DNA from: the human T2T-CHM13v2.0 reference genome, Homo sapiens | Length of the DNA: 64,000 bases | Assembly (NCBI RefSeq): GCF_009914755.1 | Contig: NC_060926.1 | Reading direction: 5' to 3' (one strand) | In this document: in pieces, positions 16,895-30,022 of the stretch | Position numbering within the stretch: the first letter of the stretch is position 1 | How the letters are laid out: the number at the start of each line of letters is the position of its first letter | Notes under the pieces: model-generated | What the model was told of the DNA's origin: nothing | What the model saw: only the letters and a program-made list of their open reading frames with translations | The model's database searches: none | Program-made: the position numbers and the translations under genes

Positions 16895-17911
16895 TTACAT
16901 TTTGGCATGATTTTGCAGCGGCTGGTACCGGTTGTTCCTTTCCATGTTTAGCGCTTCCTTCAGGAGCTCTTTTAGGGCAGGCCTGGTGGTGACAAAATCT
17001 CTCAGCATTTGCTTGTCTATAAAGTATTTTATTTCTCCTTCACTTATGAAGCTTAGTTTGGCTGGATATGAAATTCTGTGTTGAAAATTCTTTTCTTTAA
17101 GAATGTTGAATATTGGCCCCCACTCTCTTCTGGCTTGTAGGGTTTCTGCCGAGAGATCCGCTGTTAGTCTGATGGGCTTTCCTTTGAGGGTAACCCGACC
17201 TTTCTCTCTGGCTGCCCTTAACATTTTTTCCTTCATTTCAACTTTGGTGAATCTGACAATTATGTGTCTTGGAGTTGCTCTTCTCGAGGAGTATCTTTGT
17301 GGCGTTCTCTGTATTTCCTGAATCTGAACGTTGGCCTGCCTTGCTAGATTGGGGAAGTTCTCCTGGATAATATCCTGCAGAGTGTTTTCCAACTTGGTTC
17401 CATTCTCCACATCACTTTCAGGTACACCAATCAGACGTAGATTTGGTCTTTTCACATAGTCCCATATTTCTTGGAGGCTTTGCTCATTTCTTTTTATTCT
17501 TTTTTCTCTAAACTTCCCTTCTCGCTTCATTTCATTCATTTCATCTTCCATTGCTGATACCCTTTCTTCCAGTTGATCGCATCGGCTCCTGAGGCTTCTG
17601 CATTCTTCACGTAGTTCTCGAGCCTTGGTTTTCAGCTCCATCAGCTCCTTTAAGCACTTCTCTGTATTGGTTATTCTAGTTATACATTCTTCTAAATTTT
17701 TTTCAAAGTTTTCAACTTCTTTGCCTTTGGTTTGAATGTCCTCCCGTAGCTCAGAGTAATTTGATCGTCTGAAGACTTCTTCTCTCAGCTCGTCAAAATC
17801 ATTCTCCATCCAGCTTTGTTCTGTTGCTGGTGAGGAACTGCGTTCCTTTGGAGGAGGAGAGGCGCTCTGCGTTTTAGAGTTTCCAGTTTTTCTGTTCTGT
17901 TTTTTCCCCAT
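16895..17911 (-). CDS. ORF1: L1 ORF1p, RNA-binding/nucleic-acid chaperone, 338 aa, intact
   Basis: MGKKQNRK...NHAKM. REKG, ARR and YPAKLS motifs intact. Confidence 0.97.
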   Translation of the reverse strand: MGKKQNRKTGNSKTQSASPPPKERSSSPATEQSWMENDFDELREEVFRRSNYSELREDIQTKGKEVENFEKNLEECITRITNTEKCLKELMELKTKARELREECRSLRSRCDQLEERVSAMEDEMNEMKREGKFREKRIKRNEQSLQEIWDYVKRPNLRLIGVPESDVENGTKLENTLQDIIQENFPNLARQANVQIQEIQRTPQRYSSRRATPRHIIVRFTKVEMKEKMLRAAREKGRVTLKGKPIRLTADLSAETLQARREWGPIFNILKEKNFQHRISYPAKLSFISEGEIKYFIDKQMLRDFVTTRPALKELLKEALNMERNNRYQPLQNHAKM

Positions 17912-18817
17912 CTTTGTGGTTTTATCTACTTTTGGTCTTTGATGATGGTGATGTACAGATGGGTTTTCGGTGTAGATGTCCTTTCTGGTTGTTAGTTTTC
18001 CTTCTAACAGACAGGACCCTCAGCTGCAGGTCTGTTGGAATACCCTGCCGTGTGAGGTGTCAGTGTGCCCCTGCTGGGGGGTGCCTCCCAGTTAGGCTGC
18101 TCGGGGGTCAGGGGTCAGGGACCCACTTGAGGAGGCAGTCTGCCCATTCTCAGATCTCCAGCTGCGTGCTGGGAGAACCACTGCTCTCTTCAAAGCTGTC
18201 AGACAGGGACACTTAAGTCTGCAGAGGTTACTGCTGTCTTTTTGTTTGTGTGTGTCCTGCCCCCAGAGGTGGAGCCTACAGAGGCAGGCAGGCCTCCTTG
18301 AGCTGTGGTGGGCTCCACCCAGTTCGAGCTTCCAGGCTGCTTTGTTTACCTAAGCAAGCCTGGGCAATGGCGGGCGCCCCTCCCCCAGCCTCGTTGCCGC
18401 CTTGCAGTTTGATCTCAGACTGCTGTGCTAGCAATCAGCGAGATTCCGTGGGCGTAGGACCCTCTGAGCCAGGTGTGGGATATAGTCTCGTGGTGCGCCG
18501 TTTCTTAAGCCGGTCTGAAAAGCGCAATATTCGGGTGGGAGTGACCCGATTTTCCAGGTGCGTCCGTCACCCCTTTCTTTGACTCGGAAAGGGAACTCCC
18601 TGACCCCTTGCGCTTCCCAGGTGAGGCAATGCCTCGCCCTGCTTCGGCTCGCGCACGGTGCGCGCACCCACTGGCCTGCGCCCACTGTCTGGCACTCCCT
18701 AGTGAGATGAACCCGGTACCTCAGATGGAAATGCAGAAATCACCCGTCTTCTGCGTCGCTCACGCTGGGAGCTGTAGACCGGAGCTGTTCCTATTCAGCC
18801 ATCTTGGCTCCTCCTCC
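17912..18817 (-). promoter_or_regulatory. L1HS 5'UTR: internal sense promoter, antisense promoter, CpG-rich segment, YY1 site
   Basis: Complete 5'UTR; the only CpG-dense tract in the window (~18300-18817). YY1 motif at 18797-18805 reads AAGATGGCT. Confidence 0.9.
18367..18582 (+). CDS. ORF0: L1 antisense ORF0, 71 aa
   Basis: ATG at 18367 (gcaATGG) gives MAGAPPPASLPPCSLISDCC...VRHPFL*, which matches primate L1 ORF0. Confidence 0.88.
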   Translation: MAGAPPPASLPPCSLISDCCASNQRDSVGVGPSEPGVGYSLVVRRFLSRSEKRNIRVGVTRFSRCVRHPFL

Positions 18818-18832
18818 CTACAATATAGCTCT
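18818..18832 (+). repeat. L1HS target-site duplication, right copy
   Basis: Identical to 12764-12778. The empty site reads ...gctcttatt, close to the L1 endonuclease TTTT/AA consensus. Confidence 0.95.
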
Positions 18833-19619
18833 TATTGGTATCAGAGTGATGAGGTACATTAATTTTGGCCAAGGAAATCAGCTTGTAATTTTCCAAACTT
18901 CACTCTCTTTTTCTTTTCACAATGCTTATAAGGCAAAGGCTAGCACATATGTATCAGTTTAACATTTTAGCTACCAGAAAATGCCAGATAGATGTTCAAA
19001 ATTTGGTGAATTATTTTCACATGCCCATGTGATTGCAAGGAGGCATATTCATATGTACAGTTAAATCAGAATGACAGAAATATTTTATAAGTCAATTTGT
19101 ATATTTTAAATAGTTGTACTTCTGATTCTTTTCTATTCTGGTGTTTAATTTCAAAGTGAAAATCTCTACTGTAGATTTTAGTCTACTTGGTCAACCATAT
19201 ATTTTTTTAAAACCTGAAAAATGAAAACTTATTTGCTCAATGCTTTAGTTTTAAGCACAAGGCATAAATTTAAAATTATAGCCTGAAACAGATGCTCAAC
19301 ATATGCCACAGATATAGAGATGATTTTCATCATTATCAATTAAGCTCTCACTGGCTGGATATAATAGGTATTGTAAGAAGAAAGTCAGAAGCTGTAAATT
19401 TTGAAGCACAGTAAATAGGGCAAAGTAAAAATTTAAGTTGTAATGTGGAATAGCATGTTTTCTTGGTATTTTAATTTATATTAAAATGGAAAGCTTTAGT
19501 ATTACAGCTTCATATCAAGATTATTAAAGTGCAATCTCAATTGCTACAGAATATTTCAGCATTCTAATATCAGAGAAATAAAACTTTAATTTGCACCTAG
19601 CTGTCAAATTGAGCCATAT

Positions 19620-19732
19620 ATGTGTTATATATAGCTATAGATAGATATATAGATATATACAGTCTTCAAATTATATATATATACATATATATACACACAT
19701 ATATACACGCATATATATATATATATATATAT
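19620..19732. repeat. (TA)n/(TACA)-rich low-complexity repeat
   Basis: Directly visible. Confidence 0.85.
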
Positions 19733-21636
19733 CCAAACATATTTTTATTGGGAAACCTCTTATTTTATAGAAATTTTTATCAACCATTTACAAAAATAAA
19801 ATAATTGTAATGACAGAAATAAAATTGGTAAAAATAAAATTCATGACATTATGCAATTATCTTTTATATCCCCATAGGAATAAAGGATAATGCAGATCTT
19901 GAAAGAGTAGTCTTTATTCAGTGAAGAAAATTGGCTGCTTTATCATAATGGAAATGCTGTTAGATAACTTTTACATTAAACATGAATCTGTCAGGCATTC
20001 CTGTCAGGAATCTGTCAGGAATGTTATGTTTTACATTCATTTTTTAAATAAGAAAATATTATTACTATGAAGTTTATATTATTAACATTTGAAACACATT
20101 AAATAACTAGTTTCTCTCAAATCTGTTAAATTCTTACTCTGTGTCATGAGTGCAAACTGAATGTTGATCACATACCTCTAAGTCTTCTATAAGGATTTCA
20201 TCAGATGCTATGTGGAAAAAAAATTGTACAGTTAAATTTTTGGTAAAGTAAACATTTTGAGTAAAGTTAAGCAAATTTTTCACAGATGAAATACAAAATC
20301 TCAAAAGAAGACCTAACAGTGTTTCTGTCAGGTCTTTAGCTACTCAAATATCCTTCTCAAAGGGACATTGTGAAGAAAACACTTAGGGAGTCCTTACAGT
20401 ATAAACTGGTAAGTGGTAGGAGAACACACAGGAGAATAATCTTATTTAACTTAAGGATTCAGATATGGCTTTCCAGGGAAGTTCAATTTGAAATGGGTTA
20501 TTTACTCTAAATAGGAGTTAACCAAATGATGGTTGATGCAAGAAGAGGAAATTCCAAATGCGAAAGTTCCAAGGTAGCAATGCACATAGCTAGAGTGTCT
20601 GTGCATGTGACGCTGACAGTGAGAAGAACTAGAGATACGTGTGTCAAGAGAGGGCAGTTAAAGTTTAAATATATAATCTAGAGGAGGTGGCTATGAGGAG
20701 ATATTCAAGTAGAAAAATACTATGGGCAATAGAATAAACTTATCTGGAGTTCTTGAGAATTCCAGAATCATTTATAAAAGTTTTTAAATCACTGGGAAAA
20801 AATCACTTGTTGAAAATCTACACAGTATATTAAGAATTGAAGTATCTGCATTAAAAGAGACTGTTCTCTGACCCAATAGATGTTACTGTCTATTGGGCAG
20901 TACTAATAATGAATATAGAAAGAGAACATATAATTTGGGAAAGGCAAGAGCTGAAAGATTAGCCTTCAGGAATATTTAAGACATTATCAAAGCAATACGC
21001 ATACATAAACAAGACTTTTAAAATATAACCAATATGCAAAAGTAAAACACAAAGAACAAATAACCACAGCAATTAGAAAAGTGAGAATTTTAAGAAAACA
21101 CAATGATCAATTCTTTGTAATACTTCAGAAAGTTTACCAGTTATTTCTCCATTTCTTTTCGCTGAAGGAGGCCATTTCAGGATGAGAGTGAAATGTAATT
21201 ACTTGAGAGTTAAATGGTATGTGGGAATTAGAGGTTATAAATGAAAACAGAAAAGGTAGCTAAGTAGATAGAGAGAAATACAACATTCAATTATTTCATT
21301 TTTTTATTTGAGAGAGATGAATAGGAAATACATGAATCAAGAGAGTGAAAAAAAGTGAACCACATTTTCACTAAGATAAGGATTTCTAAGAATGTAGGAG
21401 TATGCAAATTGAAATACACTGACAGGAGACATGGAGCTAAATAAAAAAATGTCTTGTCAGATGGTCTTAATTTTCACAGTGAAGGACATAATGTATTTAT
21501 GAAAATAATGGATGAAAGTGTTTTAAATGCTAAACTAAGTAAAGTTTGGTGTAATTACTGAGAAAAGGGGAAAAGAAATGACTAGAGTTCTATGGAGATT
21601 GCTAGGTATATAACAGTCAAGAGATTATTTAACTGA

Positions 21637-22044
<408 letters not shown>

Positions 22045-22146
22045 TGAACGAATTTTCTTGCATTTGAATTATTTAATTGATTTAAAGTTATTTTTCAGTA
22101 GAGTTAGCTTGGAATGAAAAGGGAACAAATGATAAGAATTACATTA

Positions 22147-22441
22147 TGGAAACCATCATTCTCATCAAACTAACACAAGAACAGAAAACCAAACACCACA
22201 TGTTCTCACTTACAAGTGGGAGTTGAGCAATGAGAACACATGAACACGGAGGGGAATATCACACACTGGGGCCTGTCGGCAGTTGGGGCGCTATGGCAGG
22301 GACAGCATTAGGAGAAACACCTAATGTAGGTGACGGGTTGATAGGTGCAGCAAACCACCATGGCACGTGTATACCTATGTAACTAAACTGCACGTTTGGC
22401 ACATGTGCCCCAGAACTTAAAGTATAATAATAATTAAAAAA
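22147..22441 (+). mobile_element. Short 5'-truncated L1PA (~PA7) 3' end with long TSD
   Basis: 'ggaaaccatcattctca...cccagaacttaaagtataataa'. aagaattacattatggaa at 22134-22151 and 22442-22459. Confidence 0.92.
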
Positions 22442-24242
22442 AAGAATTACATTATGGAATGGTGGATGGATATAGACACAAGTGAAGTAATAAACTTGTT
22501 GCTCCTACTAGATCTGAAGGTTTCAATATTTGAAGAACAAAAAAGTAAAAATAAAATAAAATAATAAAAAAGATTGTGACCATAAAGCAGAGTAAGATTA
22601 TGACACGATTTGGCATGTAACGTTGGATGAAAGTTAAAAAAGAGAAGTGAGGTGAATTCTTCTTCACATTAGTGGAGATAATTTTACTGGTTTTATAAAA
22701 TTATTGTAAGAATGAATAAGACAATTCATGTAAAGAGCTAAAAATAGTGACTGACATGTAATATGTGTGCAATAAATATTGAAATTTGAAGATATCATTA
22801 TTATTTTTTAAGGTTCCTATTACTATCTATTTGGAATAGTCTTGATGGGTATCTGGCCTTTACAGAAGTAGCTCCGGGTCACATATAGCAAAGCTAGAGG
22901 CAATTTGTAATATAAGACTGTTCACTCAGTCTTCTGGAAAGAGGAAAATGATGGAAGAGAAACATGCCTCTATAAAAGTTATTCCCAGAAGGAGAGGATG
23001 GCAAGGTTGTAGCTGAGTCAGCAGAAAGGCTACTATTATGCGAAGTCACAGAAGAAATATTTCCAAAGAAAATAATAAATGTAGCATCATTTAGACTGTG
23101 ATTAATATTATAAACAAATTCTTCCAAACTATACCTTCAAAATATTTATTGAGCATGTTATGCAAATTACTATCCAAGTACCCAGTAGGTACTCAATTCA
23201 CTGTAGAAAGAGAGAAGAGTAGAGAGGGAGAACGACTTATTAGCTCATTGATGAAATAAGTGAACAAATAAAAAAATCAAAGAACACATGAATGAAAAAC
23301 AGAAACACAAAGATTTATTCTACAGTTTTAAGCTGACAGAATACTTACAGCCTTTAAAGAAACACCTTGAAATTTTTCCTTTGCTATGACAGTTAATACG
23401 GTTAATTACTTAATATAACTAATTATATTCAAGAAAATGTATTTAATTTTTAAAATCCAAACATATATACTATATACAGTTTGTTGAACTATACGTACAA
23501 ACACACAGATTTTTTACTCTCTTACATGATTTTTGAAACTCACTACTTAATTACTTAATTCCTAATTTCGAATGAAGGAGGTGGTGTTTCTCATTACTCT
23601 AACTTTGAATAATGAACTTTAAATTTCTTTGCAATTCAGCTGTGATGAACTTGAGCATAATAAATGTAGCAAGCCTATATAAATTCTTTTAATTTTGAAC
23701 TTATTATTACAAAATCCTAGTCATTATGATAAACAGAATGGATAAACTATAAATATATTTTTCTATGCAAAATGTATAGCTCCTTTCAACAAAAGGCTTT
23801 TAGGTGTCATGTTCTTGCTATTTAACACTTCGTAGAATTTATTGTGTGATTAACCAGAGAGCATATTGATTGTCAGAACAACATAACGCAACTGAGTTTT
23901 TTAATGAAAAATCATTATGAGGTGTACTAGCAATGAATAATACTTTGTAGAAGCAAGTTATACCACATGGTCACTCTCTTTAACATGGAAATAGGTGCAA
24001 AAAAATAAACATCTCAATAAATAAAGAAAACCACCAGTAAAACAAAACTATGCTAGTTATGGAAATGCAAATACACACAAAGACACAGACACACACATTC
24101 AGTATACTTTTTTAAAGTAGCATGGATTGATAATTGATTTAAATATCTCTGCCTCTACATGTTTAGTGTCTCTAAAAAAATCCTTTCTTATTTGATTGGC
24201 TTATCACCCTACATAATGGCTCTGTAATCTGTATTCCATAGC

Positions 24243-27200
24243 AACTTTATTAAGATATGATTCATACATCATAAAATTAACCAGTAAAGTATACAATTTA
24301 ATGTTTTTATTATATTCACAGTTGTGCAACGAACGCTATAATCTAAATGCAGAATATTTCATTAATGAACAAGAAGCTCTGTACTCATAAGCCATTATTC
24401 TCCATAGCCCTCGCTCCCAATCTGCCCTATGAAATCACTAATATGTTTTCTGTCTTTACAGATTTTGCCTATTCTGTGCACTTCTATAAAGGGAATCTTA
24501 CAATGTATCTTTTGTCACTGGTTTCTTTCACTTAGCACAATGTATTCAAGGTTCACCCATATTGTAGCAAGTGGTAGAATTTCATTCCCTTTATTACTAT
24601 ATAATAATTCAGTTGTATGCATATACCATATTTTGTTTATCCCCTTGAAAGTTAATCAACATTTAATTCATTTCCATTTTCTGATTTTTATGAGTAATGT
24701 TGATATGCACAAGTATTTGAGTGAGCATATATTTTATTCCTTTTGGGTTTATACCTAGGAATGGAATTGTTGGGTCATATAGTACATCTATATTTAATAT
24801 TTAGAGGGGGTTGAGGTTTCTTTCCAAAGTTTCTGACCAGTTTACATTTGCACCAGCAATGTGTGAGGTTCTAACTTCTCCATATACAAAGATATTGTTG
24901 TTGTCTGATATTATTATTATAGCCATCCTAATGGGTGTGAAATAATGTTTCAATTTGGTTTAGATTTGCTTTTTCCCTAATAATTATTTGTGTTGAACAT
25001 GTTTTCATGTACTTAGTGGCCACTTTATATCTTCGTTGGAGAAAAGTTGGTTCAGATCTCATTTGCTCATTTTGAATGAGATATCTTTTATTTATTATTT
25101 AACAATTCTCTATGTATTCTATATGCAAGTAGTTTATTAGATAAATGATTTACAGATATTTCATTTGCAAATATATTAATCTCATTCTGTGGTTTTTCTT
25201 TTCACTTTCTTGGTAGTATTGTTTATGGCAAAAAGTTTTTTGATTTTGATGAATTGAATTTATCTATTGTTTTCTTTGTCACTTCTGGTCTCAGTGTCTT
25301 ATCTAAGAAACAATTGCCTAAAGAAGTTGAGAAATAGTATCTCTGTTTTCTTCTAAGAGTTTTATTATTTAGGGTGTTACATTTAGGTTTGTGATATATT
25401 TTAAGTTAATTTTTATATATAATATGAGATAGATGTTTAACTTTATTCTTTTGCATTTGGATATCCAGTTGTCCCAATACCAATTGCTGAAAATACTAAT
25501 TTTCACCATTGAATTGTCTTGTCAATCTTATCAAAAATCAGCTGACAATTAATGTGAGAACTTATATTTAGATTATCAAATTCTATTTCACTGACTGATG
25601 GGTACATCCTTATGTCAAAACCACACTGTCTTTATTGTTACTTTGTAGTAAGTTTTGAAATCAGAAAGTGTGAATCCTCCAATTTTGTTGTGCTTTGTAT
25701 TAGTCAGGGTTCTCTAGAGGGACAGAACTAATAAGACAGATGAACATGTGAAGGCGAGTTTATTAGGGGAATTGACTCACACAATCACAAGGTAAAGTCC
25801 CACAGTCAGCTATATGCAAGCTGAGGAGCAAGGAAGTCAGTCTGAGTCCCAAAACCTCAAAAGTAGGGAAGCCGACAGTGCAGCCATCAGTCTGCGGTCG
25901 AAGGCCCAAGACCCCCTGGCAAACCACTGGTGTAGGTCCAAGAGTCCAAAAGCCGGAGAACTTAGAGTCCAATGTTTGAGGGCAGGAAGCATCCAACACT
26001 GGAGAAAAATGGGGTCCAGAAGATTCAGCCAGTATAGTCCTTCCACGTTCCTCTGTCTGCTTTTATTCTAGCTGTGCTGGCAGCTGAACAGATGCTGCCC
26101 ACCCAGATTGAGGGTAGTTCACCCTCAATCCACCAATCCACCAACTCAAAGCACAATTTAAAGTCTTTTTTAAATCCACCGATCCACCCAATCCACCAAC
26201 TCAAATATTAATCTTCTTTCACAACGCCCTCACAGACAGACCCAGGAACAATACCTTGCATCCTTCAATTCCATGAAATTGACACTCAGTATTAACCATC
26301 ACGTTTTTTAAATATTTCAATATTGTTTTGGCTTTCTAGGAATTGGTCTGTTTCATCTAGGGTATCTAATTTGTTGGCAAACAATTGTTTATAATATTCC
26401 TTTATAAGCCTTTCTTAAGATTTCTGTTAGGTCAATACTGTGCTAATGTCCTCTATTTCATTTCTGATTTTAGAAATTTTACTTCCCCCTTTTTCTTTGT
26501 CTGTCTAAAGGTTGGTCAATGTTGTTGATCTTTTCCAAAAGTTAATTTTTGGTTTCATTGATTTTTTATCTATCCTCCATTTCTTTAATTCCAACTCAAA
26601 TTTTAACTTTTTTTCTATTTGCCTTTTCTGTAGTTTACTCTTTTTTTTCCAGTATCTTATTGTGGACAGTTAAATTATTAATTTGGAATGTTTCTTCTTC
26701 GTTAATATAAATATATACAGTTAGAAAGCTCTGTGTAAGCACTGTTAGCTGTGTCCTGACATTTGCTATGTTCTGTGTCAATATTCTTTAAAGTATTTTG
26801 TATTTCCCTTGTGATATCTTTTATAACACATTCACTGTTTAGGGGTGTATTGCTTATGCCCATATATTTGCAAATTTCCAAAATTCCTTTCTGATGTTAT
26901 TTTTCTAATTCCATTTCATTATTGTGGGAGAACATATTTGCATAATTTATTTTAAATATGGGGGTACTTGTTTTATGTCTTCTTCTATCATCTATCCTGG
27001 ATAATGTTTCACTTGAATGTAATGTGTATTCTACAATTGTTAGAGTGTTCTGTAGATGTTTTTGTTTTTGCCTTAGTAGTTATTCTAGGGTTTATAGAAT
27101 CTATCTTAATTTGTAAAAAGAGCTTCATATTTATACTTAATTTTGGGGAGATACAGAAATATTACTTTTAAATTCTATTCATTTTGACCACTTTTTGTGA

Positions 27201-28260
27201 AATTATTATACATATTACATGTAGCCATGAATTTTTAACCTCATCTACATTATAATATTAATTTATATTACTTTATGTTTTTAAATAACTAAAGAAAGGT
27301 ATATATTTATAGTTATATTTGTTTATATTGTCTTTTGTAATTACATTATTCCCTTTACCGCTGATATGTTGTCATATGGATTAGATTTATTGTCTGGGGT
27401 TACTTACTTTCAGCCTTCAGAACTTCCCACAGTAATTCTTGTAAGGCAAGTCTGTTAGCAAGATATTCTTCAGCTTATATTTATCTGAGAACATCTCTAT
27501 TTTGCTTTAATTTGTTAATGCTAGCTTTGATGGATCTAGTATTCTTGCTTGAAGATTTGTGTGTTATAAACACTGTTATCCCACTGCCTTCTGGTTCTAT
27601 TGCTTCTAAGAAGTCATCTGTTACTCTTATTGAGGTTTTACTTTTATGTTTTTAAGTAATAAGTCATTTTTCCCTTGCAGTTTTCAAGATTTTCTCTTTG
27701 TCTTAGCTTATCTTGCTTGGAGTTGTTGAGCTTCCTACATGAGTAAGTTGATGTTTTTCTCTAAATTTATGATGTTTTGAGACATTATGTTTTCCAATAT
27801 TCTTTTCTGTACTTTTCACTCACGCACTTTTTTTTTTCATAATACCTATTTGGTGCACTTAATGCTGTTTCACATTTCACTGACACTTTGATGATTTTTT
27901 TTCATTCATTGTTCTCTCTGGCCTTTGGTTTGCATAATCCTTATTGATCTATCTTCAAGTTTGCTAATTCTTTCTTCTACCAGTTCAAACCTACTATTAA
28001 TATACTCTGATAAATTTTTTATTTTAGTAATCACACTTTTGAACTACAGAATTTTCAATTGGTTAGTTTTTATAATTTCAGTCTTTTTAGTGATACTGTC
28101 TATTTGATGTGGTTTTTTTCATGCCTTCCTTTATTCCTTTAATCATAATTTTATTTAGTTCTTTGAAAATATTCATAATGCATATTTTAAAGTCTTTTTT
28201 AAATCTGGTCACTCTCACAGGCAGTTTTTAATTGCCTGCTTTTTTGTGATGTATGGGTCA
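24243..28260 (-). mobile_element. Old L1M (L1MB-like) remnant, interrupted by MLT2
   Basis: Reverse L1M 3' end at 24243, ORF2-like antisense tracts (24750-25690), sequence resumes after the LTR. Confidence 0.75.
25696..26303 (-). mobile_element. MLT2 (HERV-L) solo LTR
   Basis: tgtattagtcagggttctctagagggacagaac ... gacactcagtattaaccatcac; reverse homolog of 5264-5708. Confidence 0.9.
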
Positions 28261-28261
28261 T

Positions 28262-29069
28262 TGTAATGTTGTGAAATATATATTTGGTCTTCAACCCCCG
28301 TCTGGCATACAAATCCTAAAACCCTTCGAATCTCCAAAATGTTGAATTTTTATACGCTAATGATTGACTCACAGCTGGCAGCTCCTAGACAGATTCAGGT
28401 TGGGGGCTGGCCACCTGAAAGACCAAGGCATGATTAGAGACTTGGGACTTTCAGCCCCACCCAAAACCTTTAGGGAGATGGGGTTAAGTTGATCACCAAA
28501 TGTCTAATGGATTAACTAATCATTCCTATGTAAGTCTCCATAACAGGCCCAAAGGTTATAGTTCAAAAAGCTTCTGGATAGCTGATAATCTGGAAGTTCC
28601 TAAAGAGTAATACACCTGGAGAGGGCAAAGTAGAAGTTCTGCACCCCTTCTCCCATGCCTTGCCTTATGCATCTCTTTATCTGTATCCTTTTAATAAACC
28701 AGTAAATATATGTGTTTCCCTGAGTTCTGTGAGCCACCCCAGCAAAATAATTGAATCCAAAGAGGAGGGCTTGGGAATCCCAACTTGAAACAGGTTGGTC
28801 AGAAGTTCCAGAGGCTTGGACTTCAACTGGTCTAAAGGGGGCAGTCTTGTGGGACTGAGCCCTCAATCTGTGGGATATGATGCTCTCTGCAGGTAGATAG
28901 CATCGGAATTGAATTGAAGGACACCAAGCTGATGTGTACTGCAAAATTACTTGCTTACTTAGTGTCTGGGGGAAAAAAAAAACATGCATTTGGTCACAGA
29001 AGTCTGTGTTGATGAGTGTTGTTGTGGTGTGACAGCAGAGGAAAAACATAGTTTTTTTCTGAAAAATCA
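28262..29069 (+). mobile_element. MER21-like LTR
   Basis: 'aaagaccaaggcatgattagag...ttgggactttcagccccacc' and 'aataaaccagtaaa...tttccctgagttctgtgagcc'; tg...ca ends. Orientation inferred from AATAAA. Confidence 0.75.
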
Positions 29070-29879
29070 TCTTTTTTTAAATAATCTGTGGATCTCTTCC
29101 CATTTCTTTCACCATAACTTCTACTTTTGAGCTCCATCAGGCTTGTTCTTCTTCACACTTTGTTACAAATAAAGTCAGTTCCTTTGGGTAGGGATTTGGA
29201 GCTCTCTTTAGTAACTTCTGTACCCTGGGAAAAGTTTCTGAACCATGGCTCTTCTACAGGTATGGGAAAATGGTGTTCTTCTCTCTAAGTGACAGTCTTA
29301 CTTTAGAAGCTTTGGTGTGTAAGGGGACAACAGCTCCAGGTCTCCTCAGTTTGCCTCTGGAATGGAACCCTCATTCCACGAGCTGAGGTAAATGTGATTG
29401 GGGCTCAAGAATTCTCAGCAATGTGGCACCCTAGTAGAGTCTCTACTCCATGAGTGGCGAGAGTGATGGAATAAGGGAGCTTCCACTCCTCAGCCAGTCA
29501 GCAAAACTTAGACTTATTGACAGGTAGCTAGGGTAGGATTACAAATACTGATGATAGGCCACTCCTGAGAAGCTAGCCTTCTGAATGGGAGCTCAGGGAA
29601 GAAAAAGGTGTGTGTTCTTAGCTGTAGAAGACTTGAATGGAGTTTCTACCTCAGTAAGCTGGGAGAAGGGAGAGAATAAAAATAACCTAGTCAAATACTG
29701 CAAACTCTCAAAGTTTGTATTGCACTTTAGTAGATTTTCAGGAATAAATATTTCATCATTAGTCATAGGTTACTAAGTACCATTCTAGAATTTTTTTATT
29801 TTTATTTTATGACTTTTACAAGTTTCACTGAGGAGTGGGTCTTCAGAGCTTCTCATGTTGCCTGCTGGAAGTCTTCAGT

Positions 29880-29978
29880 TCAGTTAATTATTGAACTTAT
29901 TTCTTGCAACCTTGCTGAACACATTTATTATTTCTAATATTTTTTATTCTTAGGATTACGAGTATATGCACACATACA

Positions 29979-30022
<44 letters not shown>

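Noticed and set aside
18250-18366. 110-aa extended ORF0
   Set aside because: The extension starts at a GTG; canonical ORF0 begins at ATG 18367.
28600-29070. 156-aa ORF
   Set aside because: Lies wholly within the MER21-like LTR; no protein features.
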